From: Octopus bimaculoides
Taxonomy: Eukaryota
Reading direction: 5' to 3'
DNA: 33,966 nucleotides
Assembly (NCBI RefSeq): GCF_001194135.2
Contig: NC_069002.1
Coordinates: 35,571,622 to 35,605,587, forward strand
The number at the start of each line of letters is the position of its first letter. The first letter of the stretch is position 1. Below the pieces are notes generated by a model that was given only the letters and a program-made list of their open reading frames with translations, was not told the DNA's origin and made no database searches. The position numbers and the translations under genes were made by a program. Below, one piece after another: positions 21,791 to 33,966 of the stretch.

Positions 21791-22474
21791 NNNNNNNNNN
21801 NNNNNNNNNNNNNNNNNNNNNNNNNNNNNNNNNNNNNNNNNNNNNNNNNNNNNNNNNNNNNNNNNNNNNNNNNNNNNNNNNNNNNNNNNNNNNNNNNNNN
21901 NNNNNNNNNNNNNNNNNNNNNNNNNNNNNNNNNNNNNNNNNNNNNNNNNNNNNNNNNNNNNNNNNNNNNNNNNNNNNNNNNNNNNNNNNNNNNNNNNNNN
22001 NNNNNNNNNNNNNNNNNNNNNNNNNNNNNNNNNNNNNNNNNNNNNNNNNNNNNNNNNNNNNNNNNNNNNNNNNNNNNNNNNNNNNNNNNNNNNNNNNNNN
22101 NNNNNNNNNNNNNNNNNNNNNNNNNNNNNNNNNNNNNNNNNNNNNNNNNNNNNNNNNNNNNNNNNNNNNNNNNNNNNNNNNNNNNNNNNNNNNNNNNNNN
22201 NNNNNNNNNNNNNNNNNNNNNNNNNNNNNNNNNNNNNNNNNNNNNNNNNNNNNNNNNNNNNNNNNNNNNNNNNNNNNNNNNNNNNNNNNNNNNNNNNNNN
22301 NNNNNNNNNNNNNNNNNNNNNNNNNNNNNNNNNNNNNNNNNNNNNNNNNNNNNNNNNNNNNNNNNNNNNNNNNNNNNNNNNNNNNNNNNNNNNNNNNNNN
22401 NNNNNNNNNNNNNNNNNNNNNNNNNNNNNNNNNNNNNNNNNNNNNNNNNNNNNNNNNNNNNNNNNNNNNNNNNN

Positions 22475-22508
<34 letters not shown>

Positions 22509-22660
22509 GTATATATATGTGTGCATGTGTATGTGTGTGTGTGCGCGCGCGCGTATGATGGCTTTTCTGTGAAACGTATTTTTACATACATAAACCTATA
22601 TCCTTGTTTATACATATATTAAAATTATATATGTGAACGCTCAGTTCTAATAATATTGAA

Positions 22661-22698
22661 GCAGCAGCAGCAGCAACATCAGTAGCAATACCAGTAGC

Positions 22699-22745
<47 letters not shown>

Positions 22746-22750
22746 GAGTA
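22661..22750. repeat. (GCA)n(GTA)n trinucleotide microsatellite
   Basis: Read directly. Confidence 0.95.
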
Positions 22751-24782
22751 GCAAAAACAACAAACAGGTAAAAATCGATAGGCAAGAAGTTAGTTCTATA
22801 AATATTATAATTCTGGTGAATGTCTGATACGGTTTTGCGTTGGTTTAAGTTCCAACCATTGATAATGTTTTCCCTTTCTAACATTAAGGAATAACAAACA
22901 TCCCTTATCTCCTTCATTATCATGATTACTAAATGTCTTCCTTTATGCATGCGCGTTCCTATTTTCCTTATGCGTGTGTGTGTGAGAGAGAGAGAGAGAG
23001 AGTGTGTGTGTCTGGGTTTCTGTATATATGCATGTGTGAATTATATATTATATAGAGACATATATAATACTTGATAATTAGGAAAAATGTTATATCAGGA
23101 TATACTTACGTATACATGTTTATATATGCATATATCTATAAGTGCATAAATACACATGGGTGTGTATATGTGCGTGTGTGTGTTTGTTTTTTTGTGGGGT
23201 GATGTTTTGTGTGTGTGTTATTGTGGTTTGTGTGTGTGTCTGTGATTGTGTGAGACACACACACATACACATACTTCACAATATACGAAGCATATTTCCA
23301 AAACACAAAAATAGTACACATACAGACACACACATACACTCACACATCAGTGTATTCCAAAGACACACACACGCACACACACACACACACAAAGAGGCGC
23401 CCGCACACACTCAACAAAATATATTAATTCCTGCAAAATCCTTTGAATGACCATCCTTAACCACTGGCCGCATCCTCTCAAAAGAAAACTGAAAAAAAAA
23501 AAAAAATGTTTTGACAATATATTCCAAACATACACACACACACACACACACAGCTGGCCATTTCCTGAATAGAAACCACTTATTCACTTTAAAGGGTTTC
23601 TTCTGAATAGAATTCCTGAAACTCTTGATCCGCACCCAAGCCTAAACAGAGAAAACATATATAAGGAGTGCTTCTAAAGTAAAATTTCACTATACATTAA
23701 AACGTGGGCACAAACTTTTAACACACAATATTTTTTCACCTTGACTCCCTAAAATATTCTCTTTAATACTTAGTAAGATGAAGACATCGAAACCGATTAT
23801 ATCTTAAATCACTCACTGTACCAAAAATATTAAACTTCATCTAAAGTATACTTTCGTGTCTTTCCCGAATTTATATATATATATAATTATATATATATAT
23901 ACACACATACATATATACTATCCCTTAGGCGCATTAACGTAACATAGACCAATGCTTAGGCTTAACTAGACCAGTAATCCATCGTAGTTAACATTATTCA
24001 CAAATTTACTACCGTTCGTTATTTGTCACTCCACGCCGAAGCACCATATAGCTACTCCTAATTTCAATTCATGTTTAATCATGTTATCCTCTACTTATGC
24101 GATTACCTATGACGAATGTTAATACAATTAGAAAAGCCTTATGAGTCGACAGCATAATACTACATGTATATAGATTCTTGATAAGATGGCTGGTTAGATG
24201 GATGGATAAAGGATCTGTTCAGTTTCAATCACAGATTTTTTTAATTTTTTTTTTTTAACTAAACAGTTTGAAACTTCGTATACGGTGTAATTTCTAATGC
24301 TGAACACGGTTTACTTTCAGCCTTTTTGATAACATTTCGTATTTTAGAAGTTATTTCGTGTTAAAGCTGTCGTGTTTGGGCAATTTTGATCAATCAACGA
24401 CGTGTATTCAGTTGAAGAATGCTACTGCTGTTTGCGATAGTAATCGAAGAGGCACAACTTCCGAGTCATCTCTACTAAATGTCAACACTGTCAACACCGA
24501 GCACGCGCTCAGCCTGCGAAACGAAATTGGAATCGCTATTCTAAAATATTTTCATATAGTACTCAATCTCTATATATAACCTAGTGAAATAGATCGTGGA
24601 AGACATCACGAATTTAGGTCATGACATCTAATAAATAGTGAAATGGAATTGTTTTTTTAATTAAACTATCTAATTGAAACGCGTGTTCTGATGTTCGAAT
24701 CTATCCGAACGGTTTCTTTTTTATAGACGTACTTCTGTGTTTGCGTGCGCATGAGTGTGCACAAGCATACCTATGTATATAC

Positions 24783-24816
<34 letters not shown>

Positions 24817-26752
24817 GTGTGTGTATATACGTGTGATGCGTATTCGTCAGTGTGTACTTCTGTATCCTTCTCTATACGTACACACCTGTTTGCATTCGTA
24901 TACGTGATTGCTACCTCAGTTACATACAGATGCGATTGGCAGAGTAAGTCATCATTGTATCTCTCTCCTTCCTTCCTGTCAATCTCTTTGACTCTAAAAT
25001 TTAATCTATCTTATTTTTCTTTATTTTTATTTTAGATGTTTATAATTTACTTTCGTTTCAATTGTGGGCTGAAGTAGTATTTGGTGAGCAGAATATACTC
25101 GTGTATATATGTGCGTGTCTAGTTTAAGTGTTCAAGTTGTTTGTGTGTGTATGCGTATGTTTCTCCATTTGTATATATCGTCTGTGTCTGTATGTTTGTA
25201 CTTGCACGTTCACTTTTATGAATATGTGTATGTCTATCTATCCGGTGTCTGTGACCAATGTGGTGTATATGTGCTTGCATCTATTTTTGTTTGTATATAT
25301 CTTTGAGTTCATCTCACTGCAAACACCTTGTTTTGGATTGTCAGTCTCGTCTTCAATCTATGGAGACAATTTAATTTTCCCTTGCTGGCACGCAGTAAAT
25401 CGAGTATGCTTTGAGGTTTCCAGGTCCTAGGATTGAAGTAAAAATGAGTTTTATCAAAATGTTTGCGTTCTAGAGTACATAACTCGAAACATATTTCTGA
25501 CTTAGAGTATCAATTTGAATGAAAAGATGTAATACAATATCATATATTTTGACTTGACTCTACATATATTAAATTCTACATTATATAAAATATAAGGATT
25601 ATATAACACACCTGCATACACATTTAAAACCTATAGTTTCAATACAGATGTGTGTATGTGCGTGTGTTTCTCTTGTTTTCTTTTTAATTTTTAATTAACG
25701 ATCGTTATCCGGAGACTAAATATAATGACTATTCAAATGTCATTAATTCGTTGAAGGGGATTTTGAAAGAATCCTCATAAATTCTCTTTACCAATAATTA
25801 CCCCGGAAATTTCATTTTTCACTTATATTCTCTCACTTTTAATAATGGTTAAACAAAAGCGTCCTCTCTCTAAATAATTATATTTTCGTGATATTTATCA
25901 AAATAATTTTTGTGCAGAATACAGCAATGAAACGAAATTAGTTAACATGCCACTAAGTTTATGTTGAAACTAGCTACCTAGAAAGTGTTCAATATGCAAA
26001 ATATTTTATCCAAGTCATTTAACCTCGAATATAAATAGGTTCCTCAGCAATGTGTTCGTAGAGAGGTAAAGTACTGCAGTTGCTGATGAAACGTCAGAGT
26101 TCAAATCTTTATGTTTGCAAGCATATTGAGCACCTTATGAGTATAACTGTATTATTTCTATCAGTAAGATAGAGTTGTAACAGAGTGTTGTAACACAGTG
26201 TTGTAACATAGAAAGCAATAACGTATAGTGCTGGCTTAAACATTTATAGGTATGCTGTATAGCGCACTACAACAATCTACTAAATGTATCCTAGTTGGTG
26301 TGTTAGAATTAGCGACAGACTGTATATCTCTAAAGAAAGAAAACGCGACTCGTAATGTGGTTCGTATAGCGACCCCTGTTACTCAAAAGCACTTGGTCAA
26401 AATAAGCAGCAAGCATATCCAGAGGTATTGCAGTATGATCGTTTCATGCAACTCCATTTAAGTTAACAATCCAATCATTACATCAATTTAAAATGCGGGG
26501 CAATCTTCAGCTGCACAAAGACATAGAATTTAATTAAATTAGAACAGATGGACACATTAGTATAGTTATACCTAAAATCTCCAAGAATTTAAGGAGATAG
26601 ACAAATAATATGGTGTCTCACTCCAGCATAGAAGTTACTAAGTTTTCAAGAAGATATACATTGTTACAGACTCTGCCTGTCACTGATTTTTTGTTGTTTT
26701 GTTTTTATGGGGTCAGTTTTAATTTATAGACTAGTTTATCAAATCCCTTGTT

Positions 26753-26785
<33 letters not shown>

Positions 26786-27360
26786 ACTTGGGGATGGTCA
26801 TATTGCCAGTTTAGCCAATNNNNNNNNNNNNNNNNNNNNNNNNNNNNNNNNNNNNNNNNNNNNNNNNNNNNNNNNNNNNNNNNNNNNNNNNNNNNNNNNN
26901 NNNNNNNNNNNNNNNNNNNNNNNNNNNNNNNNNNNNNNNNNNNNNNNNNNNNNNNNNNNNNNNNNNNNNNNNNNNNNNNNNNNNNNNNNNNNNNNNNNNN
27001 NNNNNNNNNNNNNNNNNNNNNNNNNNNNNNNNNNNNNNNNNNNNNNNNNNNNNNNNNNNNNNNNNNNNNNNNNNNNNNNNNNNNNNNNNNNNNNNNNNNN
27101 NNNNNNNNNNNNNNNNNNNNNNNNNNNNNNNNNNNNNNNNNNNNNNNNNNNNNNNNNNNNNNNNNNNNNNNNNNNNNNNNNNNNNNNNNNNNNNNNNNNN
27201 NNNNNNNNNNNNNNNNNNNNNNNNNNNNNNNNNNNNNNNNNNNNNNNNNNNNNNNNNNNNNNNNNNNNNNNNNNNNNNNNNNNNNNNNNNNNNNNNNNNN
27301 NNNNNNNNNNNNNNNNNNNNNNNNNNNNNNNNNNNNNNNNNNNNNNNNNNNNNNNNNNNN

Positions 27361-27445
27361 AACGATGATGATGATGAAGATGATGAAACTGATGTTGATA
27401 ATGACGATGATGGTGATGATGAAGATAATGATAATAATGTTGATG
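27361..27445. repeat. Degenerate (GAT)n microsatellite adjoining a gap
   Basis: Read directly. Confidence 0.85.
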
Positions 27446-30400
27446 CTCCGACTTCATGATAAATATATATACATATATATTTCATATATATTATACCTAT
27501 ATCCTAAACACACACATACACATATATGTACATACACACAGAAATACATATACGTACATACACACACACACATATATTTACATAGATGTGCATAGACTAA
27601 GGTGATGCCGATGATGGCTTTATGAAGGTGCTAATGACAGTGGTAAGACAGAACGTCAGGTTTTAAAGCTAACAGGAGAGAATGGTTGATATGGGGTGGG
27701 GTATTCTATTTACATCCGTGGAAAATATACAAATACACACAACTGTAAACAAGCCTCTTCCAACGAAAAGAAGCAAACAGAAAAACATCCACAAAAATCA
27801 AAACGAGGCCACCAACATGAACGTCGATTACAACAGCAAGCGTGTTCTTTGAAACTGTCAAATGTTTCGCAACTCAAAGTGAGATCCCTATTGGTTAAAT
27901 TTCCATTTCTATCCATATCTGTATATATGTGTGTACATGTGTGTTCGTAAGTGTCAATGTTTAAATATATACCTATATCGACTTATCTATGAGTGCATAT
28001 GTATCTAAGATTATTCATACGTAGATACAAAATATACATACGTGTATATATGCATGAGGATGTATATATATATATATATATATATNNNNNNNNNNNNNNN
28101 NNNNNNNNNNNNNNNNNNNNNNNNNNNNNNNNNNNNNNNNNNNNNNNNNNNNNNNNNNNNNNNNNNNNNNNNNNNNNNNNNNNNNNNNNNNNNNNNNNNN
28201 NNNNNNNNNNNNNNNNNNNNNNNNNNNNNNNNNNNNNNNNNNNNNNNNNNNNNNNNNNNNNNNNNNNNNNNNNNNNNNNNNNNNNNNNNNNNNNNNNNNN
28301 NNNNNNNNNNNNNNNNNNNNNNNNNNNNNNNNNNNNNNNNNNNNNNNNNNNNNNNNNNNNNNNNNNNNNNNNNNNNNNNNNNNNNNNNNNNNNNNNNNNN
28401 NNNNNNNNNNNNNNNNNNNNNNNNNNNNNNNNNNNNNNNNNNNNNNNNNNNNNNNNNNNNNNNNNNNNNNNNNNNNNNNNNNNNNNNNNNNNNNNNNNNN
28501 NNNNNNNNNNNNNNNNNNNNNNNNNNNNNNNNNNNNNNNNNNNNNNNNNNNNNNNNNNNNNNNNNNNNNNNNNNNNNNNNNNNNNNNNNNNNNNNNNNNN
28601 NNNNNNNNNNNNNNNNNNNNNNNNNNNNNNNNNNNNNNNNNNNNNNNNNNNNNNNNNNNNNNNNNNNNNNNNNNNNNNNNNNNNNNNNNNNNNNNNNNNN
28701 NNNNNNNNNNNNNNNNNNNNNNNNNNNNNNNNNNNNNNNNNNNNNNNNNNNNNNNNNNNNNNNNNNNNNNNNNNNNNNNNNNNNNNNNNNNNNNNNNNNN
28801 NNNNNNNNNNNNNNNNNNNNNNNNNNNNNNNNNNNNNNNNNNNNNNNNNNNNNNNNNNNNNNNNNNNNNNNNNNNNNNNNNNNNNNNNNNNNNNNNNNNN
28901 NNNNNNNNNNNNNNNNNNNNNNNNNNNNNNNNNNNNNNNNNNNNNNNNNNNNNNNNNNNNNNNNNNNNNNNNNNNNNNNNNNNNNNNNNNNNNNNNNNNN
29001 ATATATGTATGTATGTATATATATATGCACATATATATATACATATATATTTATACCTAGTACGTACATATATTCATGTACATATACGTATGTAAATATA
29101 TATATATATATGGATATACATATATATGTATAAATATGATATGTATGTATATACGTAAATATAACGTACATACATATAAGCTGTCTCTCTAAAGAATATA
29201 CGTGGACATCGGTTCGGTATGGAAGTAAACAAATCTTCGTGGTGAATTTAATATGAAAAATAAAAATATTTGCTTTCCGGTGTTTTTTATGTTATTATTT
29301 GTCAGATTTTGATATAGAGGAGAACATAAGAATTATTTTCGTGGAAAATGTCTGCTTAATGTTCAAAGAATTTCAGCGCTAACGCGAATACATACACACA
29401 CATTAACACATATACATACGTACGTACATTCAACTACATACCTGTCTACTTATATACGTACACATGTGTATATAAATATATATATACATATATATTTTTA
29501 TGATATATATATTTATGTGTAAATATATATCTATATATATACCTATACACGCATACATAAACACACCCGTACAGACACACACTTTCACACGCACCATCGC
29601 ACTCACACACATGCACACACGCATGTTCTTAACTTTTGCCGTTTGCCATTTTCAAATAAAAAGTGTTCAACTTCAACACACCACTCTACTATCCTCCAAT
29701 TTCTTTGCATATTTCTATTTATAAAAATTTTTGGGTGGGGTTTTCTTTATATTCCCATTTATTTAACGCGTGTTTGCCTTGATTTTCATTGAATTTCCTC
29801 TTTGATATATATATATATATANNNNNNNNNNNNNNNNNNNNNNNNNNNNNNNNNNNNNNNNNNNNNNNNNNNNNNNNNNNNNNNNNNNNNNNNNNNNNNN
29901 NNNNNNNNNNNNNNNNNNNNNNNNNNNNNNNNNNNNNNNNNNNNNNNNNNNNNNNNNNNNNNNNNNNNNNNNNNNNNNNNNNNNNNNNNNNNNNNNNNNN
30001 NNNNNNNNNNNNNNNNNNNNNNNNNNNNNNNNNNNNNNNNNNNNNNNNNNNNNNNNNNNNNNNNNNNNNNNNNNNNNNNNNNNNNNNNNNNNNNNNNNNN
30101 NNNNNNNNNNNNNNNNNNNNNNNNNNNNNNNNNNNNNNNNNNNNNNNNNNNNNNNNNNNNNNNNNNNNNNNNNNNNNNNNNNNNNNNNNNNNNNCTACCG
30201 GGATTCGGTATATTTCGGGTTGTTTTGAAAGATGGGGACGGCCTTCAATTTTTCCGGAGATGTTAACCAACTCAGAATTGTTATATTCAAGAATTTCAGA
30301 CATGCTGTATAAAATCGCAACTAAGACGTATAGAAGTGTTATAAAATAGCTAGTGCAAGGTAGACGTTGTTATCTATGTGTGTGTATATGCATGTATAAG

Positions 30401-32089
30401 AGGAAGCCATTGATTCAGCCTTGTAATTGTGAAATGAAACTTGAAGAGTTATAAATAAGTTGGAGATGCTATGGTTCGAATACGAGGGAAATATGTTTGT
30501 GCAGGTGAAATTTCGATCAAAGAAGATAAATGCGAAAAGATGGTAAAACACGAACAGGTTGAATAAAAGAGACGTTCGAAAGTAAAAGTGTTGCATTAAA
30601 ATGATGGTTCTCCGGGCAAGTCGGAGAATGGCTGACGGAAAAAAGAGATGAAATATAGTTGCATTTCCTCTAGATAAAAAGGAACAAAATAAGAAAGAAA
30701 TATGAAATGGTAGCTAAATATCCTTGGAATAATATTTACATTCTTACAAAATGAAAATGATAGGCGTGAGATAATGTAACTCTAGATAGCCGAAAATATG
30801 AGAGGCGAAGTGCAGGACTGTAATGGACTTGTTAGTAGGTATACTCAACCAAGGCTGATTCGGAGCTAAAACAAATTAGCACTAACAAGATTTTCTTCCC
30901 ATAGTAATTCGAATTGCAAGAAAAAGCAACCAAATCTCAATCAAAGCGCAATGACAAGTCTTACAATACGAAGGATATATCGTGCAATGTAATTTGTAAT
31001 ATATAAAACAAAATAAAGTTAGGGGCGGAAGGCGTTTGTTTGAAGTAAAACTGAGCCAGTGCGGAATTGGGGCACAATAGTAGTGACAGCAACAACAATG
31101 ACAACAACAAGAAATGCAACAACAACAAATACAACAGGTAACAAGTGTCTCTACTAATGTGACATGAGTTCAGTTAGACACAGAACAAGAGAAAGGAAAT
31201 CCATTTTCACATCAAATCTCACAGCAAAGAAACAGAGGCCAAATGAGGTTGGCATGGACAAATATAAAGCTATTTATCGACATATTGGTACGGTACATTT
31301 GTACACATGGATATATCAGTAAACTATACACTTGTATTGATATGTACATATGTATTATTATAGACAGACATATAAATTTACGGTTATATACACATATGTA
31401 TGTGCACATCTTATAGATACGCGTATATGTGTGTACATACATAAAAACACATGCCTACATATAGATGTATATTCCTGATTGTGTATATATCGGTATATAT
31501 ATATATATATNNNNNNNNNNNNNNNNNNNNNNNNNNNNNNNNNNNNNNNNNNNNNNNNNNNNNNNNNNNNNNNNNNNNNNNNNNNNNNNNNNNNNNNNNN
31601 NNNNNNNNNNNNNNNNNNNNNNNNNNNNNNNNNNNNNNNNNNNNNNNNNNNNNNNNNNNNNNNNNNNNNNNNNNNNNNNNNNNNNNNNNNNNNNNNNNNN
31701 NATATATATATATATATATACACATACATACATACATATATATATATATGTATTCATACACTTGCATTCATATATGTAAGCCTATTATGTACGTATATGT
31801 AAATGTAAAACAGTTTACAGCATTTTAAGCAATGTTTTTTTCTTAATGATTTCTTTCTTTCACGCTGCACCTTATTCGATTCATCCTTCTCTTTCCCTTT
31901 CTCTCTCCCCCCTCTCTCTCTCTCGCTCTGTCGTAGTCTCTTTCTTTCTCTCCAAGATTCTATCGCTATTTCCCTTGCTACTTTTTCATTCAATGTATTT
32001 ATCTATTTGATTCAGTGAACGTTGGCAGTAGCCTTCAGCCAGGAACCGATTTTAGAGACTGCTACGTTTCCTACAAGACGTATCCTATT

Positions 32090-32175
32090 CGTTCTCTAAT
32101 ACACTGCACTGACAGTTAATCTATACATCCCAATGTTGCTGGAGACTTCAACAAGGCATTACTTACAAATAAATA
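32090..32175 (+). mobile_element. Possible LINE APE endonuclease remnant (VAGDFN motif)
   Basis: HCTDS*SIHPNVAGDFNKALL, with VAGDFN at 32135-32152, resembles the GDFN motif of CR1/L2/Rex1-type endonucleases. The match is very short. Confidence 0.25.
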
Positions 32176-32307
32176 ACTTCTAAGGAAGAAAAAGCGGATG
32201 TGGTCTCTCGTCTGATCGGATGCTGTGGGTAGACATTTTGTGAATGACTTTGTTGTGGGTGTGTGTGTGTAACACGTATGACCGTACGCTTGTACACTCA
32301 CACACAA

Positions 32308-32320
32308 ATACACACACACG

Positions 32321-32392
<72 letters not shown>

Positions 32393-32405
32393 TGTGTGTG
32401 TGTGT

Positions 32406-32446
<41 letters not shown>
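32308..32446. repeat. (CA)n(TA)n(TG)n palindromic microsatellite followed by (GATA)n
   Basis: (CA)9 at 32321-32338, (TA)8 at 32339-32354, (TG)n from 32355; (GATA)n at about 32406-32446. Confidence 0.95.
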
Positions 32447-32447
<1 letters not shown>

Positions 32448-32605
32448 CAGTGACTGCATATCCAATTATGGTTAGGCCTAAGTTGTGCCGATATAAATAA
32501 TGTGTTCGTTCTTTAATTTACCTACATTCCTCTAATTCATTGACTCATGGTATATATAAATCAGCACACACATCCACTCACATACGCATATTCATACACA
32601 TCCAC

Positions 32606-32651
<46 letters not shown>

Positions 32652-32801
32652 GCATACATATATATTGCTACCAATGTAAAGACGTCATTGCCTGTAGTGG
32701 AGTTGGGTACACTAGGCATAATAAATAATTAAATATTTGGACATTGATATCTTGATTTTCTGCAGGCATGTGTCACTTTTTGCAATATACAGACAAATGT
32801 A

Positions 32802-32882
32802 TATTCTTTTATTCTTTCATTTGTTTCATTCATTTGACTGTTGCCATGCTTATTCTATCGGTCACTCTTACCAAATCGCTAA
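32802..32882 (-). mobile_element. SINE family A tail fragment with internal deletion
   Basis: TATTCTTTTATTCTTTCATTTGTTTCA...GACTGTTGCCATGCT joined directly to TATTCTATCGGTC..., both of which correspond to the reverse complement of parts of 1894-2008. Confidence 0.75.
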
Positions 32883-33003
32883 TTTTCTGGGGTCTCTCTT
32901 CGAGTAGAACCGTTTGATATCAGCTTTCAAACGGTGGGCTCCATGCATTTTCAACAACTTTTTAGTTTTTCTGTGAAGTCTCTTTATATGGTTTTTGGTC
33001 ATG
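32883..33003 (-). mobile_element. R4/Dong-like (RLE-type) non-LTR retrotransposon fragment, post-RT region
   Basis: MTKNHIKRLHRKTKKLLKMHGAHRLKADIKRFYSKR resembles the conserved DRKTRKLLTMHxAHHPKADVDRLYxxR motif that follows the RT domain in R4/Dong-type elements. Confidence 0.75.
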
Positions 33004-33470
33004 CCATCAAAGTGACACTGGGGTATAAATAAACCAATCCCAGTATACCTATCATGACTACCGGTCTGATAGGGGTACACTAAGCACATGCATCACAACC
33101 ATATGTGCGCGACATGATGATCTCATCAAGATTAACAGCGCATGACCTGCAGATGAGGCCCAGTTAGAAGTTTCTTCAGGTCGAGTAGTCCATCCTACTC
33201 AAAAGGTCCCTGAATAAGGGTTGTTTAAAAATGTTGAACGAAACACCCATGTTTCCAGATATGAATTATCCAAACCCCATAGAATTCCTCGCAACACATG
33301 GCTATGATGCTCCCCCACTACTTCTGCTCATGATCAGAGATGCACATATCGTCAGCCACCAAGGGACATGCTCAACTGGTTAAGGTCAAACAACTGACAA
33401 GCAAATCTGTGGTATTGAGCAGAATATTTGCTGTAGCCCATCAAAAGAATGTACAGGAAAACACTTCCAA
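33004..33470 (-). mobile_element. Dispersed repeat, probably the 3' UTR of an RLE-type LINE
   Basis: GC-richer non-coding block between the R4/Dong-like fragment and a TAA/TGA microsatellite. I recall it as a common cephalopod repeat but cannot verify this; only one copy is present in the window. Confidence 0.45.
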
Positions 33471-33590
33471 TCATATTATTATTTATTATTCTTATTATTT
33501 ATTATTATCACCATCATCATAATCATCATCATCATCGTCATGATGACGATTATGATAATGATCATCATCATCATAACTATCATTATCATT
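33471..33590. repeat. Degenerate (TTA)n/(TCA)n microsatellite
   Basis: Read directly. Confidence 0.9.
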
Positions 33591-33624
33591 GTACGCCAGA
33601 AGAAAATAACAACAACGGTCTCTA

Positions 33625-33900
33625 TGCTTTTGTTACTAAGGAACGGTATTTGTAGTGTTCCCAGATGGTTGTCTGCATAATGGCAATTCTATTTCCTATT
33701 CATTTTGACTGCTATTTTTTTGCTATTTTCTCATATTTCTCTCTACCAGTTCCTCAAAGTCTATTCTATGGTCGTTCCTTGAGATAAAACTTCAGTGGTT
33801 TCCTTTGTGGAAAATACAGAATTTTATTCTTTTGTCTTTCAGGTCCAAAGACATTCCGTTTTCATTACGAGTAGAATTTTCATATGGCACATTGATATTC
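33625..33900 (-). mobile_element. Possible highly decayed RLE-domain C-terminus of an R4/Dong-like ORF
   Basis: Minus strand gives MNINVPYENS...DLKDK and, across a frameshift, IAIMQTTI-LGTLQIPFL, loosely like IDxxVP...KYxDL...LQKxxLLGTARIL. Weak match. Confidence 0.25.
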
Positions 33901-33929
33901 ATCCTTTATTCCTTATTCCCCACTCATAT

Positions 33930-33966
<37 letters not shown>

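Larger units (their letters stand above)
2069..31701. other. Twelve assembly gaps: 2069-2381, 5262-5695, 8557-9249, 10641-10663, 11480-11832, 15103-15112, 21230-21239, 21791-22474, 26820-27360, 28086-29000, 29822-30194, 31511-31701
   Basis: N runs read directly; ten abut an (AT)n tract on at least one side. Confidence 0.98.

Noticed and set aside
23440-23480. tRNA A-box-like GGCCAGTGGTTAAGG on the minus strand
   Set aside because: No B box or cloverleaf; at most a tiny SINE head remnant.
24207-24360. Possible DNA-transposon terminal sequence AAGGATCTGTTCAGTTTCAATCACAG
   Set aside because: No inverted counterpart identified in the window.
26171-26207. Three tandem copies of an approximately 13-bp unit containing GTTGTAAC
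   Set aside because: Short minisatellite without spacers; no functional evidence.
30608-30628. 7-bp GC-containing hairpin TTCTCCG/CGGAGAA
   Set aside because: Too short for a pre-miRNA and expected by chance.
14920-32732. Numerous [16 protein letters not shown] and X-filled ORFs in the track
   Set aside because: Translations of dinucleotide repeats or N gaps.
33012-33025. GACACTGGGGT match between the right-end repeat and SINE C
   Set aside because: Orientation is opposite to what a SINE-LINE shared 3' end requires, and it is only about 11 bp.

Overview
This is AT-rich, microsatellite-dense eukaryotic (animal) non-coding DNA with 12 assembly gaps totalling about 4.5 kb of N. The SINE families and repeat landscape resemble those of coleoid cephalopods such as Octopus; this is inference from recalled repeat families, not a database result. 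I recognise no host protein-coding gene, tRNA or rRNA gene, or CRISPR array. Almost all ORFs in the supplied track are artefacts of microsatellites or N runs. What can be supported is a set of mobile-element remains: (1) three tRNA-derived SINE families, including two near-identical full-length copies with target-site duplications; (2) an internally deleted DD37D (maT-type) Tc1/mariner transposon; (3) three RTE-clade LINE fragments clustered within 2 kb; (4) a Penelope-type GIY-YIG endonuclease fragment; (5) an R4/Dong-like LINE mosaic at the right end. The most interesting observation is a degenerate minimal hammerhead-ribozyme-like motif (21423-21495) about 190 bp from the Penelope fragment. 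A possible pair of in-frame spliced exons lies at 779-1100. I see no convincing evidence for a wholly new biological system; the findings are leads that need computational testing.
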